A stretch of DNA of 64,000 nucleotides from Tubiluchus corallicola (taxonomy: Eukaryota; Animalia; Priapulida). Positions 12,201-24,922 of the stretch are shown here, piece by piece (the first letter of the stretch is position 1; each line of letters starts with the position of its first letter). The notes beneath the pieces were generated by a model that was not told the DNA's origin, ran no database searches, and saw only the letters and a program-made list of their open reading frames with translations. Location of the stretch: assembly GCA_030141605.1 (NCBI GenBank), contig JAQGDQ010000197.1, positions 186,001 to 250,000 of the forward strand. The letters are read 5' to 3'. The translations under genes were made by a program, and so were the position numbers.

Positions 12201-15200
12201 CAACTACATCTTTATGATGCTTCTAAACTGAGTTGATTACCACAAACTCAAATTTCATTTTGTTTTTATAAGTAAATGAATAGGGGTGAGCATCAAATGT
12301 TAGAATTGAATTGAATTTTTTAGTTTTAATTCGATTCAAACCTAAAATTATAGGTTCAAATAATCCAGCATTTCAACCATTTACGCTTTTTTTCCTTAAA
12401 ACGTTTGAAACGTCATTCAATTAGCACGATTTAGCTGTAATTTCTGTGCACAATTTTTAAACAAATTATTAGTGGTTTTACTGCAGACCAAAATTGAGTA
12501 ATATGCTCGATCTTCGTAAGACTGCTTTTTACTAGTGGTTCGAAAATTTTTCAGACTCCAAATTAGAAATACTGAAATTCGCTTTCTAGTAGAGAATGCT
12601 CAGTTTGCTCTCCCCTATAAATGAAAGTTAGCTATTACTTACATTGGCAAACTGTATTATGTCGGTTATTTTTTAATTTTCTGTATGTTTAGCTGCAGAG
12701 ATAGAGCGTTTAAAGATGGCGCTGGAAAACATGATGGCTGCTAACAGTGAGAAGGATAAAGTCATTGAGGAGCTGAAGAAAACGGTTGATAGGTTTCATA
12801 AGGTTCAAGAAATCGTGTCAGGTCAGGCGGGGATGTTTGTTGAAGGTGCATGTTGCATGGTTTTGCTTTATAACTCATATTTATAACTAAAATTTTAATT
12901 ATTTTCTGTAAAATTTTCCAAAATATGACTAGAATTCGAATCATTTTTAAATGTGTTCATCCATTGTTAGGAGTTAGTCTGGAAAAGAATGTAACTTGGC
13001 AATCAAGCAAATCAGAAGAAGAATATCATGCATTATTATTATTATTATTATTTACCTAAACCATTTTAAATTCCACATGAAAGTGATCAATGCTAAGCGA
13101 TCTATAGCTACTTCAATTGTTTCTCAATTATAGTAGTATTTTTATTGTCATTACGACTAACAAGATTACATGTACATTTACAATAACGATACTTGTAACG
13201 CGCAGAATTAAAAATATACACAATATACAGAACACGAGCTTGTAAATTCCAGTTATTTCGTAATTGCAGTGAAATTTTCAGTTTGTTAGTAGCATAGAAA
13301 AGAAGAATATTTACACATTATAATAATTTAAACAAAAAGAGACAATAAATGATATAATTGTTAGTCAAGGGAGTACAATAAAAAATAATGCATTACTTAA
13401 GTTAATTTTGACGTATCCAATCTAGTATCCGGTTAAGTTCATGTCTGTTCAAAAGTTAAAACTGTTTACACTCGATTGCATTTATAGTACATGATAATTC
13501 TGCTCATTGATCACATTATAAACGCCTTTAGAGACAATCTTTCTTACATGTGAAATTGCACTTTTAGCATTATACACATTTCGACAGTTGTTATTTTTAT
13601 ATCTCAATAGTTGTGAGTTGTAACCCAAAGTAGAGTTTAGATAATTAATTGCATTTTTTGCAAAGAAGTCACTATGATCATGAGGTTGTTACAGTGTTTG
13701 TATAGTTAATTTCAGAACTACTTCCAAATTATGAAGCTAGTCAATGTAATTCAAAGACAATTTAAATTTTCTGACCGAAAAGCCAAAATTTAATATTTTA
13801 AGTTTTTTGGAGGCAAAAAGGTAAAAAATGTTTTAGAATGTGTGAGTTTTTAACTACTAATTACTAACCTCTGAATGGGGGCATGGTCAAAGCAGAGCTA
13901 GGCTTGTTTGTTCCTTTACAAGAAGTGCTTCAGTCATAAAAAGCATGTAGTAGAAAATGTAGTCATGTTAATTTATCTTCACAAATTTGGGGAGATGAAT
14001 CCTTGGATTTCTAATTTTTTTTCCGAAAATTTCACATGAAAATGCTTGCTGCAGCCAGCACGAGTTCTTTGCCCAGCTTGAGTGCATTTCTAGCATTTTA
14101 AAATTTTCAAAGGAATTTTGCTGTAAAATTTGTTTAAATTGTCTCTTTAATTACTAACGGTTTACTAGATGCAACTATTTGATTGTTGGAATGTTTTTAC
14201 AAGACGTTGCATGTATTACGATGCCCTTTAATTTGTGCATTTTAATTACTGTTTTACTGTTCATTCATGTAAATTCTTGAAAGCTGTACTAAATTAAAAA
14301 GTCTAAAAATATTTGCACCTCCAGTGGTACTTGAACCCAAGTCCTTCTGCTTTCCGGGCAGCTGTGCTTGTCAGACATTGTACTATAGTTTGGCGTGTTA
14401 ATGTAAAACTATACCAAGTTCAATGTTGCACATGTTATGCCATGTTAATTCTATACTGTTGCATGGAAGGTGTACTGTGTAATATAAAAGTATCAATTAT
14501 TACTACATCATTTTGCTGCTCGTAATAATAAATAAACTTACACTTTGCTACAACTACTTATGGAATTCAGATTCGCATATGATGTGGTACTTTTTAATTT
14601 GTCTTATTTCCTATGTTTTTCTATGTAGGAATGCATGATGATGATTCTGATATCAATCAAACACTTAAAGCGACAAATGAGCCAAATTATTTCATGCCAT
14701 CCCCATCTGCTGCTTCTACGCCTGTGGACGGTTCGCTGGTTGAATCTCCTAAAATTATGGGTAAGAATATGAATATTAGGCTTATCTATTGCATCTTATT
14801 TTTAATTTTGCTGTGCAGCTAAGGAATTACACATGTTTAGTTTGAAAAAATTACAAAGAGCTTTTATCTAATATTGTGTAAACAGTGTTCAACACTGGAC
14901 TCAATTTTCTGTTTTCAGTTTGGAAATTTTGTTTTTAATCATGATCAAATTTACATTATTTATTTATAGAGCACAAGTTGAAGAGACAATTGCTAAAATG
15001 ATGCTGTTTTAGCATTCATGCATCTAGCAAACTGCATTATTTTTACAGGGAAACCACCGATTAGTACAACGCCAAGCTCGATTCTTAAAAATCCGCAGAA
15101 AGGAGCTGTGGTTTCAGCGTCAACACAGCCTTCTGTCACATTGTCAAACAGTTGTGAAGACATAATTCCTGTAGTAAAGGTACATGAATAGATATTTGAA

Positions 15201-18200
15201 TTTTACATTATTCATTAATACTGTTTTTTAGAAAAAAAATTAATAATACAGATCTGCTCATCTTCCAGAGGTTATGTAAAAAGGAACTCTTTAATGCAGA
15301 TTCCATTATAGGATGTATACTAAGATAATATACATATGTAGACGGTATGCACCGTTTATTAGACTCAAAGTTAATAAAATAAGTTGCTTAATTGACTCAA
15401 AAATGCTTGATATGGGCCACTTCTGTTCAGATATATATAAAAGCTGCCGGTAATTGACTCAAATAATTCCACATAATTGACTCAATATTTTTCCTTCATT
15501 TACTTAAAATAAGACATCAGTATATGACCAAAGAGCTTTTACTACTTTTATGTCATCTTTACTTCGCTTTTGTGCACTATAATGTATGCAGAAGCAGTCG
15601 TGTTAAGTGCAGCTTTGTTTGTAAGCACCTACTTGTTCGCTGCAGTTAACCTCGTTTCTGGAAGGTAAACATTTTTTAAAATCACTTGCCCAGCGGTTTA
15701 CTTTTGAAGTTCCCCCTGCTTTCACTGGGCAACAAGGTCATCACCAACTGCAGCTCAAGCAGTAGGTGACTAGATGTTTTGGGTCAACATGTACAGCATA
15801 CAGCAACAGATTTCAACATTTTTGTCAGTATGAGAATTTCATAAACCAATTTCTTTGTGAAGAAATAAAGCAACTGACCTTACATGAATTTTTGTAATTA
15901 TTAGTGGTAAAAATCAGATTTGAGCAATTTTTTATTTTCTTTCTTATTAATATTTTGAATAATAATTGCACATAGTAATTTTGACATTAATTCATTTCTA
16001 AAATTCATTTAAAGCCTTTGCAATGCATACTAAGGTGACGAGTGGTGACTGATGCTCCTATAGTAGTAATATGCTACACCTGTCGGCTAATTGAATCAAT
16101 CGGTTGTTTGGGTCACAATCAATACTTCCATCCCAAAATGAGTCTGTTAAGCGGTGCCTATTGTGTGTGTATATATATATATATGTAATGTAATATATAA
16201 CAAGCAAAAGCAGTTGATTGCTTCATTAATTTTTAATATATTTACTAATTCCTAATTTACTCATCTGTAATGTTTAAGAATAAAGGCTCCTATTTGTGTT
16301 GTGTAATGCAGTTAGTTCTATACTAAGTTATTCTGCTGTACTTATTTATTGTGCAGACATTATGGATAATAAAATTTACGTCATCAAATTTAGGCCGATT
16401 TTAAATACTCTCGTAATTTCTTTTTAATTCCTGGTGAAAATATAGGAAGGGAGGTACTACTATAATATAGTGGCACTTACCTGGCATCCCGTATGTCTTA
16501 TGCGTTATCACCCTGCGGAATAGCTGTGTATAAAAAATCAATAGGAAATAGCTGCTGGAAAAGTAACGCGTAATGCAGGTCTGATAAACGGGTGCACTGA
16601 AAATGATATAAACTGTTTTTATCTATTCTGCACCCCTATAACACACATGCATTCCCGTTGTCAGGTAAACACCACTTAATGTTTCATTACAAAGTATAAG
16701 AACTTGCTTGCGAGAAATGTGGTACTTTGTTTAATGATTTGATGAAGGTATTGTTTGCTATTGTTTGTTTATTTGTAGCTATTGTTCAAGATTGCCCGCA
16801 GACCTCCTGAGCAGTAGCTTATTAGAGCTTGGCAAATTCAGCTGAATTGATTTCTGTGTCTGCAAATATAAACTAGACTTTTTCGTTGCAGTCTTCTCCG
16901 CAGCAGCGACGGTACACTTCTGAGACCCTTCCAGCAAGACAAGATCAGCATCCTCGTGGTAAACCTCGCTATGGTATCTCACTCGGCAAAGGCATACTAA
17001 AACTTAAAGCAAACCGCAGCACAAGCGCACCCAACCTAGGTGAAATGTTCGCTTCTCACCCTGTCTTATGCATGATTCACAATGTTAGCATTTACTGATG
17101 CTCTGATAGATAAAAAACAAAATAATTAGAAAAAAATGATTCATTTAGCTTCTTTATTGGTTGAATATCAGTTGAAATCCTGAGCATGCTTAGTGATTAG
17201 TGTCATTTAATTTCCTTTTTATTTGATTTGTCAAATTATTTGAGGTATGGTAAGGCAAACAGATCTGTATGTAATTTTGCTTAGTTTTTTGGAGTTTTTC
17301 TGTTAGTCTGTTTTTGTTCATTTTTGAAGAAACATAACTAAGACAAATGACAGTGTAACCTAGTGGCTTAGCCGATAATCCATTTCTTTAAGTTAAGTAT
17401 TGGTGGTCCTAAGTATATTTTGTTGGCAGAGCATAGGAGAATCTCTTGTTAGATTCAAAGTTAGAGATAGCACTTTCTAATTCCAAGCCTATTTGGAGAA
17501 CATGAGAATTTTTTTAGGTTAGCTAATTGTCCCGAGTACTCTTGGCATTGCCATTAAACTTTAAATGTTTGAATTAGATACAAAAGTAGGTTTTACCTGC
17601 TAGGAAGCTGGCAGATGTCATAGAGAGCATTTGAAACTGATTTTAAGTATATTGTTCGGTGGTTTTTTTATTCAGATAAATGCTAACAATTGTCACTTGT
17701 TTATCTTACTTGTTTCTATTATGTTTCTTGTTAAAAGCTAATAGCAGCAGCTGAAATGTGCTGTCAAAATATGATAATTTTACAGCAACATCCATGGCTG
17801 TTGCTATTTCAGTCTTATGACTACGTCAGCATATGTGATCTAGTCAGTTTAAAAGAATGGATCTGTTTCACTAATGTTTGATTTTGCATCTCTTTGTGAT
17901 GAAAGTTATTTTATAGTTCCTAGCTTGTTTGACTTTGGTTAGAAGTTGTGCATGTTTGAGGTAAGTGTTAAATCATTTTCATGTATCAGAACTTCTACTG
18001 GTGCGATCATGTAGCAAATTGATTCTGAGACATGGAAATGTTTCACAACATTGTTTTATGCAGCTGTTCTCTTTCTTTTCATGTTGCATGGTCTGCCTGA
18101 CGTCTGGTTGTTTTCTGCCTGGTTTGCTGCATGTACGTATTTCTAAACATTGTTTCTATAGAAGCACGGGTAAATAATTTCATGTTTGTGTGATTTTTTG

Positions 18201-21200
18201 CAGAATTTAATTAGTTGCTTTTAATTGATATGCTATAAGCCTTTCCACAGTTGCAGCTATTGATGGTGACCCTGAAAAGGTCAAATATTAAGCGTAACAA
18301 CTCTTTTGTGTACACTTGACAGCGCCTCAGCCCACACATTTGTAATAGTAAGAGTTTTAACAGCTAGTTAGAACCCTACTTAGTTCATTTTTTCTTGTTC
18401 CTAAGCAAGATCCTGTTAGTAAGTCACTCTACGCAAAGATTAATGCATAGTTAAGTAAAGCCCGCGTAAAACAATTGAAGTCACTGAACTGATGCGGCAG
18501 ATGGTTTTGCTTTACCCACCTGTCACGTGATGGTTGTAGTTAAGACACATTGCTGTGGTACACTTAACCTTTGAGCCTACAGCAACTGCATATGCTCACA
18601 ACAAAACTGTCAAAAGGCTTATTATTGAGCACAATTCTAATTTTGGACACTGAGTATTCTTTTTTATACTGTACTAAGATGGCTTTGAAATAATGAACAT
18701 GATATAACGTTCATGTTAGTGAATGTGATAAGATATATTAGTTTTCTTTTCTAGCTCAGCTTGAAAAAGTAAGTGAAAAGTGAAAAAATACATTATGAGT
18801 GTACTGTGTGGTGTGAAATTTTTGAATACGTTGTACACATGCTTTATGTTGATGCTTCTACTGTACTTTACACTGATTTTTCACTTGTTTTCCTTTTTTA
18901 TACCAAAAGAAATCTAAAAAGTATATTTTATACAGTTTACAGTCATATTTTTCATTATTCTGTTTTACTTATTTTGTAATGATAGGGGGTCTTTTTTAAT
19001 TTTAAACTTTCTAAATCATGGTCAAGACCAGTGGCAGCTTGTAGCTAACATTAGCAGGGGTGCTGCTTTGGAAAATTTTTAGCAATTGTTTTAATATTGT
19101 GTAAAACAAAACAAACATATGTAATTTTAATGCTGTAATTTGTAATTGTAATTTTAAACAAACAGACATGCGAAAGTTTATCCATAAACTTGATAAAATC
19201 CTAAATAAAATTTTTTTGCATACTAATAGCCTAAATTGTCGCAGTTCAAGCTTGATCCATTCACGGTAAGCACATGACAACTGTGTGAGTGACAGTACTT
19301 TCTCTACCTGGGCTCAGACGTGTGCACATAGCAGCATGCGTGCAATATCCAAACACCGCATTGCTGGAGCACACTGTGCTGGGCTGTGAAGCAAACAGTA
19401 CTACCCTCACGTGCTCTGGTTGCGTACAAGTATAAAGAAAAAACTTATTACATTGAATATTATTTATAATATCGAGTGAAAATACGGGTGCTGCAGTTCC
19501 ACAGTACCCATACACAAGCCACCACTAGCCAAGACTTTTGCTGTGTTTGTTTGTGAAATGTTAATCTTTTAAAAATCTTATGAGTTTGGCTTTGTGTTTG
19601 CTTTGCTTTACTTGTTTTCCTGGTTGATTTAATATTGCTTTGCTTTGCAGTGTGAGTTAAGTTTTATTAATGAAGTCTGCATTTTGCATTATATTTTGCC
19701 AAGTATTTTTTTAATAAAAATTATTTAATTTGATTAAAAATCTATGCTTATTTGATATAATAAATGACATGCAAGAAATAATAACTAATTATGGCTGACT
19801 AATTATGGGTATTCAAAGGTTACCGAAAAGCTTTTATGATTTCTTAATTTAGTTAGATCTTATCTTTGTATCCTTCAGTCAAAACTTCCTGCTTTATTTT
19901 TAGAATTTTTTTCCAGAAAGTTTATCCATCAAAAACATATTGCTATTTTTTATTTTTTTAATAATTTTGGCATTTTAGCGGAAGCAGATCCAAACATAGC
20001 AGCAAATCCTCATGCAGGATCATACAGTACTCTAGGCTCAGATCACCAGCGCAAGCCTTCTAAACAGAAAGGCCTTAAAAAATTCTTTGGCAGGTTTGTA
20101 CAGTTCATACTTCACCTTGCATGAATTGGTACAATTGCATTAGTTTTCATATCTTGTAAGATTAGAACACTGTAATATCTGGCACTATTTACTGATATTT
20201 CTTAAACAACGGAAGTGAAGTTCATTTCGGATGTAATTATATCCGAGTCGAACTTTTTAGTCTGATGTTGTTAGATTGAACTTTAGATTTTTGTAATTTC
20301 TCTATAAATTACCTGTTGTTAGTTTGTGAAGATTATGAATTGATTTTATAGGAGTGTGATAGTTGATTTAGTAATAGTTCTGTAGCTTTTTTTGCAATTA
20401 GAAAATGAAAATTGCACACACTTTCCATTTTGTTCATATTGGCGTTATTCAGTTCATCTCAACTTTAGGTACTGATAGGACGTTAGGTACTGACAATTTT
20501 TAAAACACAAACTTTTTCCATCTTTGCACAATTCTATTTATGTTAATTTTTAGGAAAACAGATTTTCTATTAGGAATATTATCTTTTTGCTTGATTGATA
20601 AGCAAGTTGTATTTTTTAATTCATTGTGTATATGAAGAATAGTTAGTTTTTGTTAGCATTTTGGTAGTTTTCATTGTGTGCAGTAGCGTGTTATGGTCTT
20701 TATACTGGATGCTCAATATGCTTAATGGTATGTTTCAGTTCAATAAAGCTTTGTTACAGTTTTGTGATGTTTCTTTGTATAAAATGGCTGCTTTAGCTGA
20801 TTACGCTGTTTTTGTTGCTTTTGCATGATTCCCTGCAGAATTCGACGAACTTCATCGCAAACTCTTGAAGATAATGAGAGAGGTTCTGCCCCCAGCAGTC
20901 CCGAGGAACCTGATAAGTACAGTTTTCAGCGTGGAGGTTTTCGAGCGACTGCGGGACCACGCCTGGGATGGTCACGTGAGTTCAAACCAACGTAAGTTTT
21001 ATAAATGTAATCCAGAAATAGCTTAGTAGCTTGCATGGTGAGCATCTTGATGCTTTTAGGTAAAAATTGTTAATTTTGATCAGCGTTAATTTTATTATTT
21101 CATTATTTTTTGTAGACTGGTAGACTCCTTTCATAATTATACTGAAATGTGAGTTGCCTATAATTGTTAAGAAATTATTAAGGTCAATTGGCATACACAA

Positions 21201-24200
21201 GTAGCCAATATTTCTATTGCTGACACTTGTTCGCAACTGTAGAAACAGTTCTCAAGTACTGGCCCACATATCGCACGTCAGTGAAGAAAATTATTTCAAA
21301 GTTATTATGTAATGTTCCTACAGCATCATTCAGTTTTTTCCATTATGAACAATTGCTGTCTAATACAATGCCAAATCAAAATTGATGTTCCATTCAACAA
21401 TAGTGGAATATGCAGAACAATAGTGATGTATGACAGTGATATGCTTTCTGATGTAGGAGTGTATTCTGTTTCAATAATCAAATTTATGAACATTTCGTCA
21501 TGTGCCAGTGTATTTACAGTAAACAGTTGTTTATTGTGAAAATCTTTAAGATTTCCCTTAGTATTTGTGTTAGTTCATTGATGAAAAATCTTTTGAGGTT
21601 GCTTGAGAGTCATTAATCTCACATTGTGTTTAATGTGATTCATTTGTTTAGCGAGTTGGACACACCATTTGCTCGTTGGGATGGTGATAAGGTAGCAATG
21701 TGGATGCATGAGATTGGGCTCACAGCGTATGTCATAGAATGCAAACGGTGGGTACGTAACGGGGACCAGCTACTCCGTGCCACACCACATGATCTAGAGA
21801 AGGTGTGTTAAAATTTAACATGTAGATACTATTAGCTTAGTTTTCTATATTATGTTGCTAATTTTTTACATCAAACTACTGGAGACTGTTTTAGATTTGT
21901 GTTTAGAACAATGCTGACTTAAATGTGTTTGCTGAATTTGGTCACTAAAAGGTTTATGTCATCTGTTGTCTTCCAGTATGGTGGTTTTTCTAAGATGAAA
22001 TGATTCCAATCTCTGCTTACTGGCAGTCCTGCAGGTGCTGGCATAATTTACTCAACTTATGGTGAAGATCTGTCAGAAATAGTGCATTATTTGTTGGTAT
22101 GTTTATAGGAGTTGGGAATCCATAACCATCTCCATAGGAAGAAGTTACAACTAGCATTACAAGCTGTTGGTTCAGAGGAACAGGATACAATGTGCAATCT
22201 TGATCATCATTGGGTCACACGTAAGTTTCTTCTCATGTAATATGCAATCTTGACCATCATAGGGTGACACATAAGTCTTCTCACATAATATGCAATCTTG
22301 ATCATCATTGGGTCACACGTAAGTTTCTTCTCATGTAATATGCAATCTTGACCATCATAGGGTGACACATAAGTCTTCTCACATAATACGCAATCTTGAA
22401 CATCATTGAGTCACACTTAAGTTTCTTCTTGCACACTGTACAGTCTTGATCATCAGTGGGTCACATTTTTAAGTTTCTTTTCACACAATTTACAATGTTG
22501 ACCATCATTGGGTGGCACATATGTTTCTTCTCGTGTAATATGGATCACGTGTAAGTTTCCTTTAACGTAATATGTAATCTTCATTGTCAATGGGTCTCAC
22601 ATAAGTTGAATGCGCAATCTTGAACATCACTGGTTAGATGTTTTTCGTTTTTCTAATATTATTTTATTACGCACTTAAAGGCTGGTTAGATGACGTAGGT
22701 TTACCACAGTACAAAGAAGCATTCAGTGAAGCAAGAGTAGATGGAAGAATGTTACACTACATGACTGTGGTATGAAATTTAGAACATAGCCATCATTGAT
22801 ACATGTTTGCAGAAATACTTTATCGAGCTATGTATATTTTCTCTGCTTGAATGTTTGTGCATTCTTTTGTAATCATAAAATGATCAATATTTCTTGACGG
22901 ATCAATGTCATTGGTAGTTTCAGTATTTGTTTTGTTAAGGAATATATGAACGTATCTTTCACATGCACCAGATTAATGCTTATAAGCCAACTAGTGTAAC
23001 TTTTCTAAAATAAGATTATGATAAAGATGGTCATTTGTTGAATATGGTGTCAACCGTCAATCAATTTAATATGAACCTATGAGTGTGGAAAAACAGAGCC
23101 TGGTTATAGAGTGATAGATAGCTTGTAGGATAAATAATGAAAAATGCAAACTTTGGCTTTAGTTCACTTAAATTTCAGGATATTTCTGTTTGTAGGAAGA
23201 TCTACTGCAAATGAAAGTGTTCAGTGCTTTACATCATGTTAGTTTTCGACGAGGAATTCAGTTGCTTAGGCTTTACAATTACAATCCAAACTGCCTGCGT
23301 CGACGTCCTACAGATGACCAGGTATTCATTTTCATTGCCTAAAATCGAACTAGTCCCTTATTATAATGTAAACTTTCACAACCTAAAATCCTACTCTCAT
23401 TATGAATATTCAATTTAATTTATTATAAACTTACCATAAAATTTGTTTCTTTTAATTTTATCACGTCCCTGTTAGTGGAATTAAATTTTTTCGGAACCAC
23501 CGTTTTTCGTTACGTGAGACGAATGACGTCATGAGTACAGTCACGAGGTCACCAAGGATCGGTAAACAAACATTGGTTATATATACGTTTTCTGTACCTC
23601 GTATATTATTCTCGCATGCGCTAAAGACGCATAGCATGGCGATCTTTACTGCAATGCACACGCTTGAAATTTGCCAGAAAAATCTCTTTCTTTGTGTAAT
23701 CATACAAATACATTAAAAAAACTTCACTGTCTTTTGGGGTTGTATAGGCTTTTAAGATTGACATTAGACCATCCTTAAAACTGTGTCTTATGAAAGAGGT
23801 GGGATGATGGTGTAGGAGCTGAGTGTAGAAAATATTGTTACATAGGACTTGCTTCACTACACAGAAGAGGTTTAATTCAAAAGGAAAAATTTCCCTTTTT
23901 TAAGTTTGGTTTGTATCTATTTTAGCCAGTAGAAAATGCACCAAGAGAAGTAATGCTTTGGACCAATCATCGGGTGATGGAGTGGTTACGGTCAGTTGAT
24001 TTGTCCGAGTATGCACCTAATCTTCGTGGCAGTGGTGTGCATGGTGCTCTCATAGTAAGTTGTTAATTTTCTTTGTTTGGTTTTATATAATATGTAAAAA
24101 TACTATTCTGCTATATTCTGCTGTAATATCTTGATTGTGTAATGTTATTTAGTTATGTTAGCAACTACCTGCACTTGGTGTTTGTTGGTTAGTCAACATG

Positions 24201-24884
24201 AATGTTGAAACGTTTTGGAAAGTCAGATGCGTTAATACTGATAACTCAACACTAGTTACAACATTACTTAGTAAGTTTTATAATATACCAATTTATATTA
24301 TTATACTAAAATATAATAAAAAAATGAACAAAAACAAATAGGCGTACTTTGTTTTGTAGTTTAAGCGTGATCTCAACTCGACTCAGTCTTTACTTATAAT
24401 AGAGATGTTGCAAATGTTATTTAAAGATATTTCGTTTGGCTACAATGTAGATATTTCAGTTTTCAAGGAAGTAGTGACACGCTGTGTTTCTTTAGGTTTT
24501 TTCTTTGAATGTAAATTTGCAGTGACCGTAAATGTGCAGTACTCATCTTTGTTACGAATAAAGAAAATTTGCTTTTGCTACACAAGTATAATCTTTCTTT
24601 TTTGTTTCTCAGATTTTAGAGCCCAAGTTTCATGCAGAGACACTCGCTCAGTTGCTGAACATCCCTAACAGTAAAACACTACTAAGGCGCCACCTATCCA
24701 CACACTTCTCTGCTCTGATTGGACCAGAAGTCTTGAAACAGAAACGTGATTGTGAGTTGCAGCCGGACTTCGTGCCATTGAGTGCCTCTTATAAACTAAA
24801 GGTGAGTTGAATTATTACATTAGAAGGAGTTTTTATTGATATTTTAACTGAGTAGATAGAAAGTAGGGCTTAATTTTAATTTCG

Positions 24885-24922
<38 letters not shown>

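Noticed and set aside
14319-14388. Functional tRNA gene
   Set aside because: Acceptor and D stems do not form and the boxes are degenerate; treated as a SINE head.
22193-22640. Regularly spaced repeats as a CRISPR array
   Set aside because: Whole units repeat with no unique spacers, unit 1 is eukaryotic exon sequence, and there are no cas genes.
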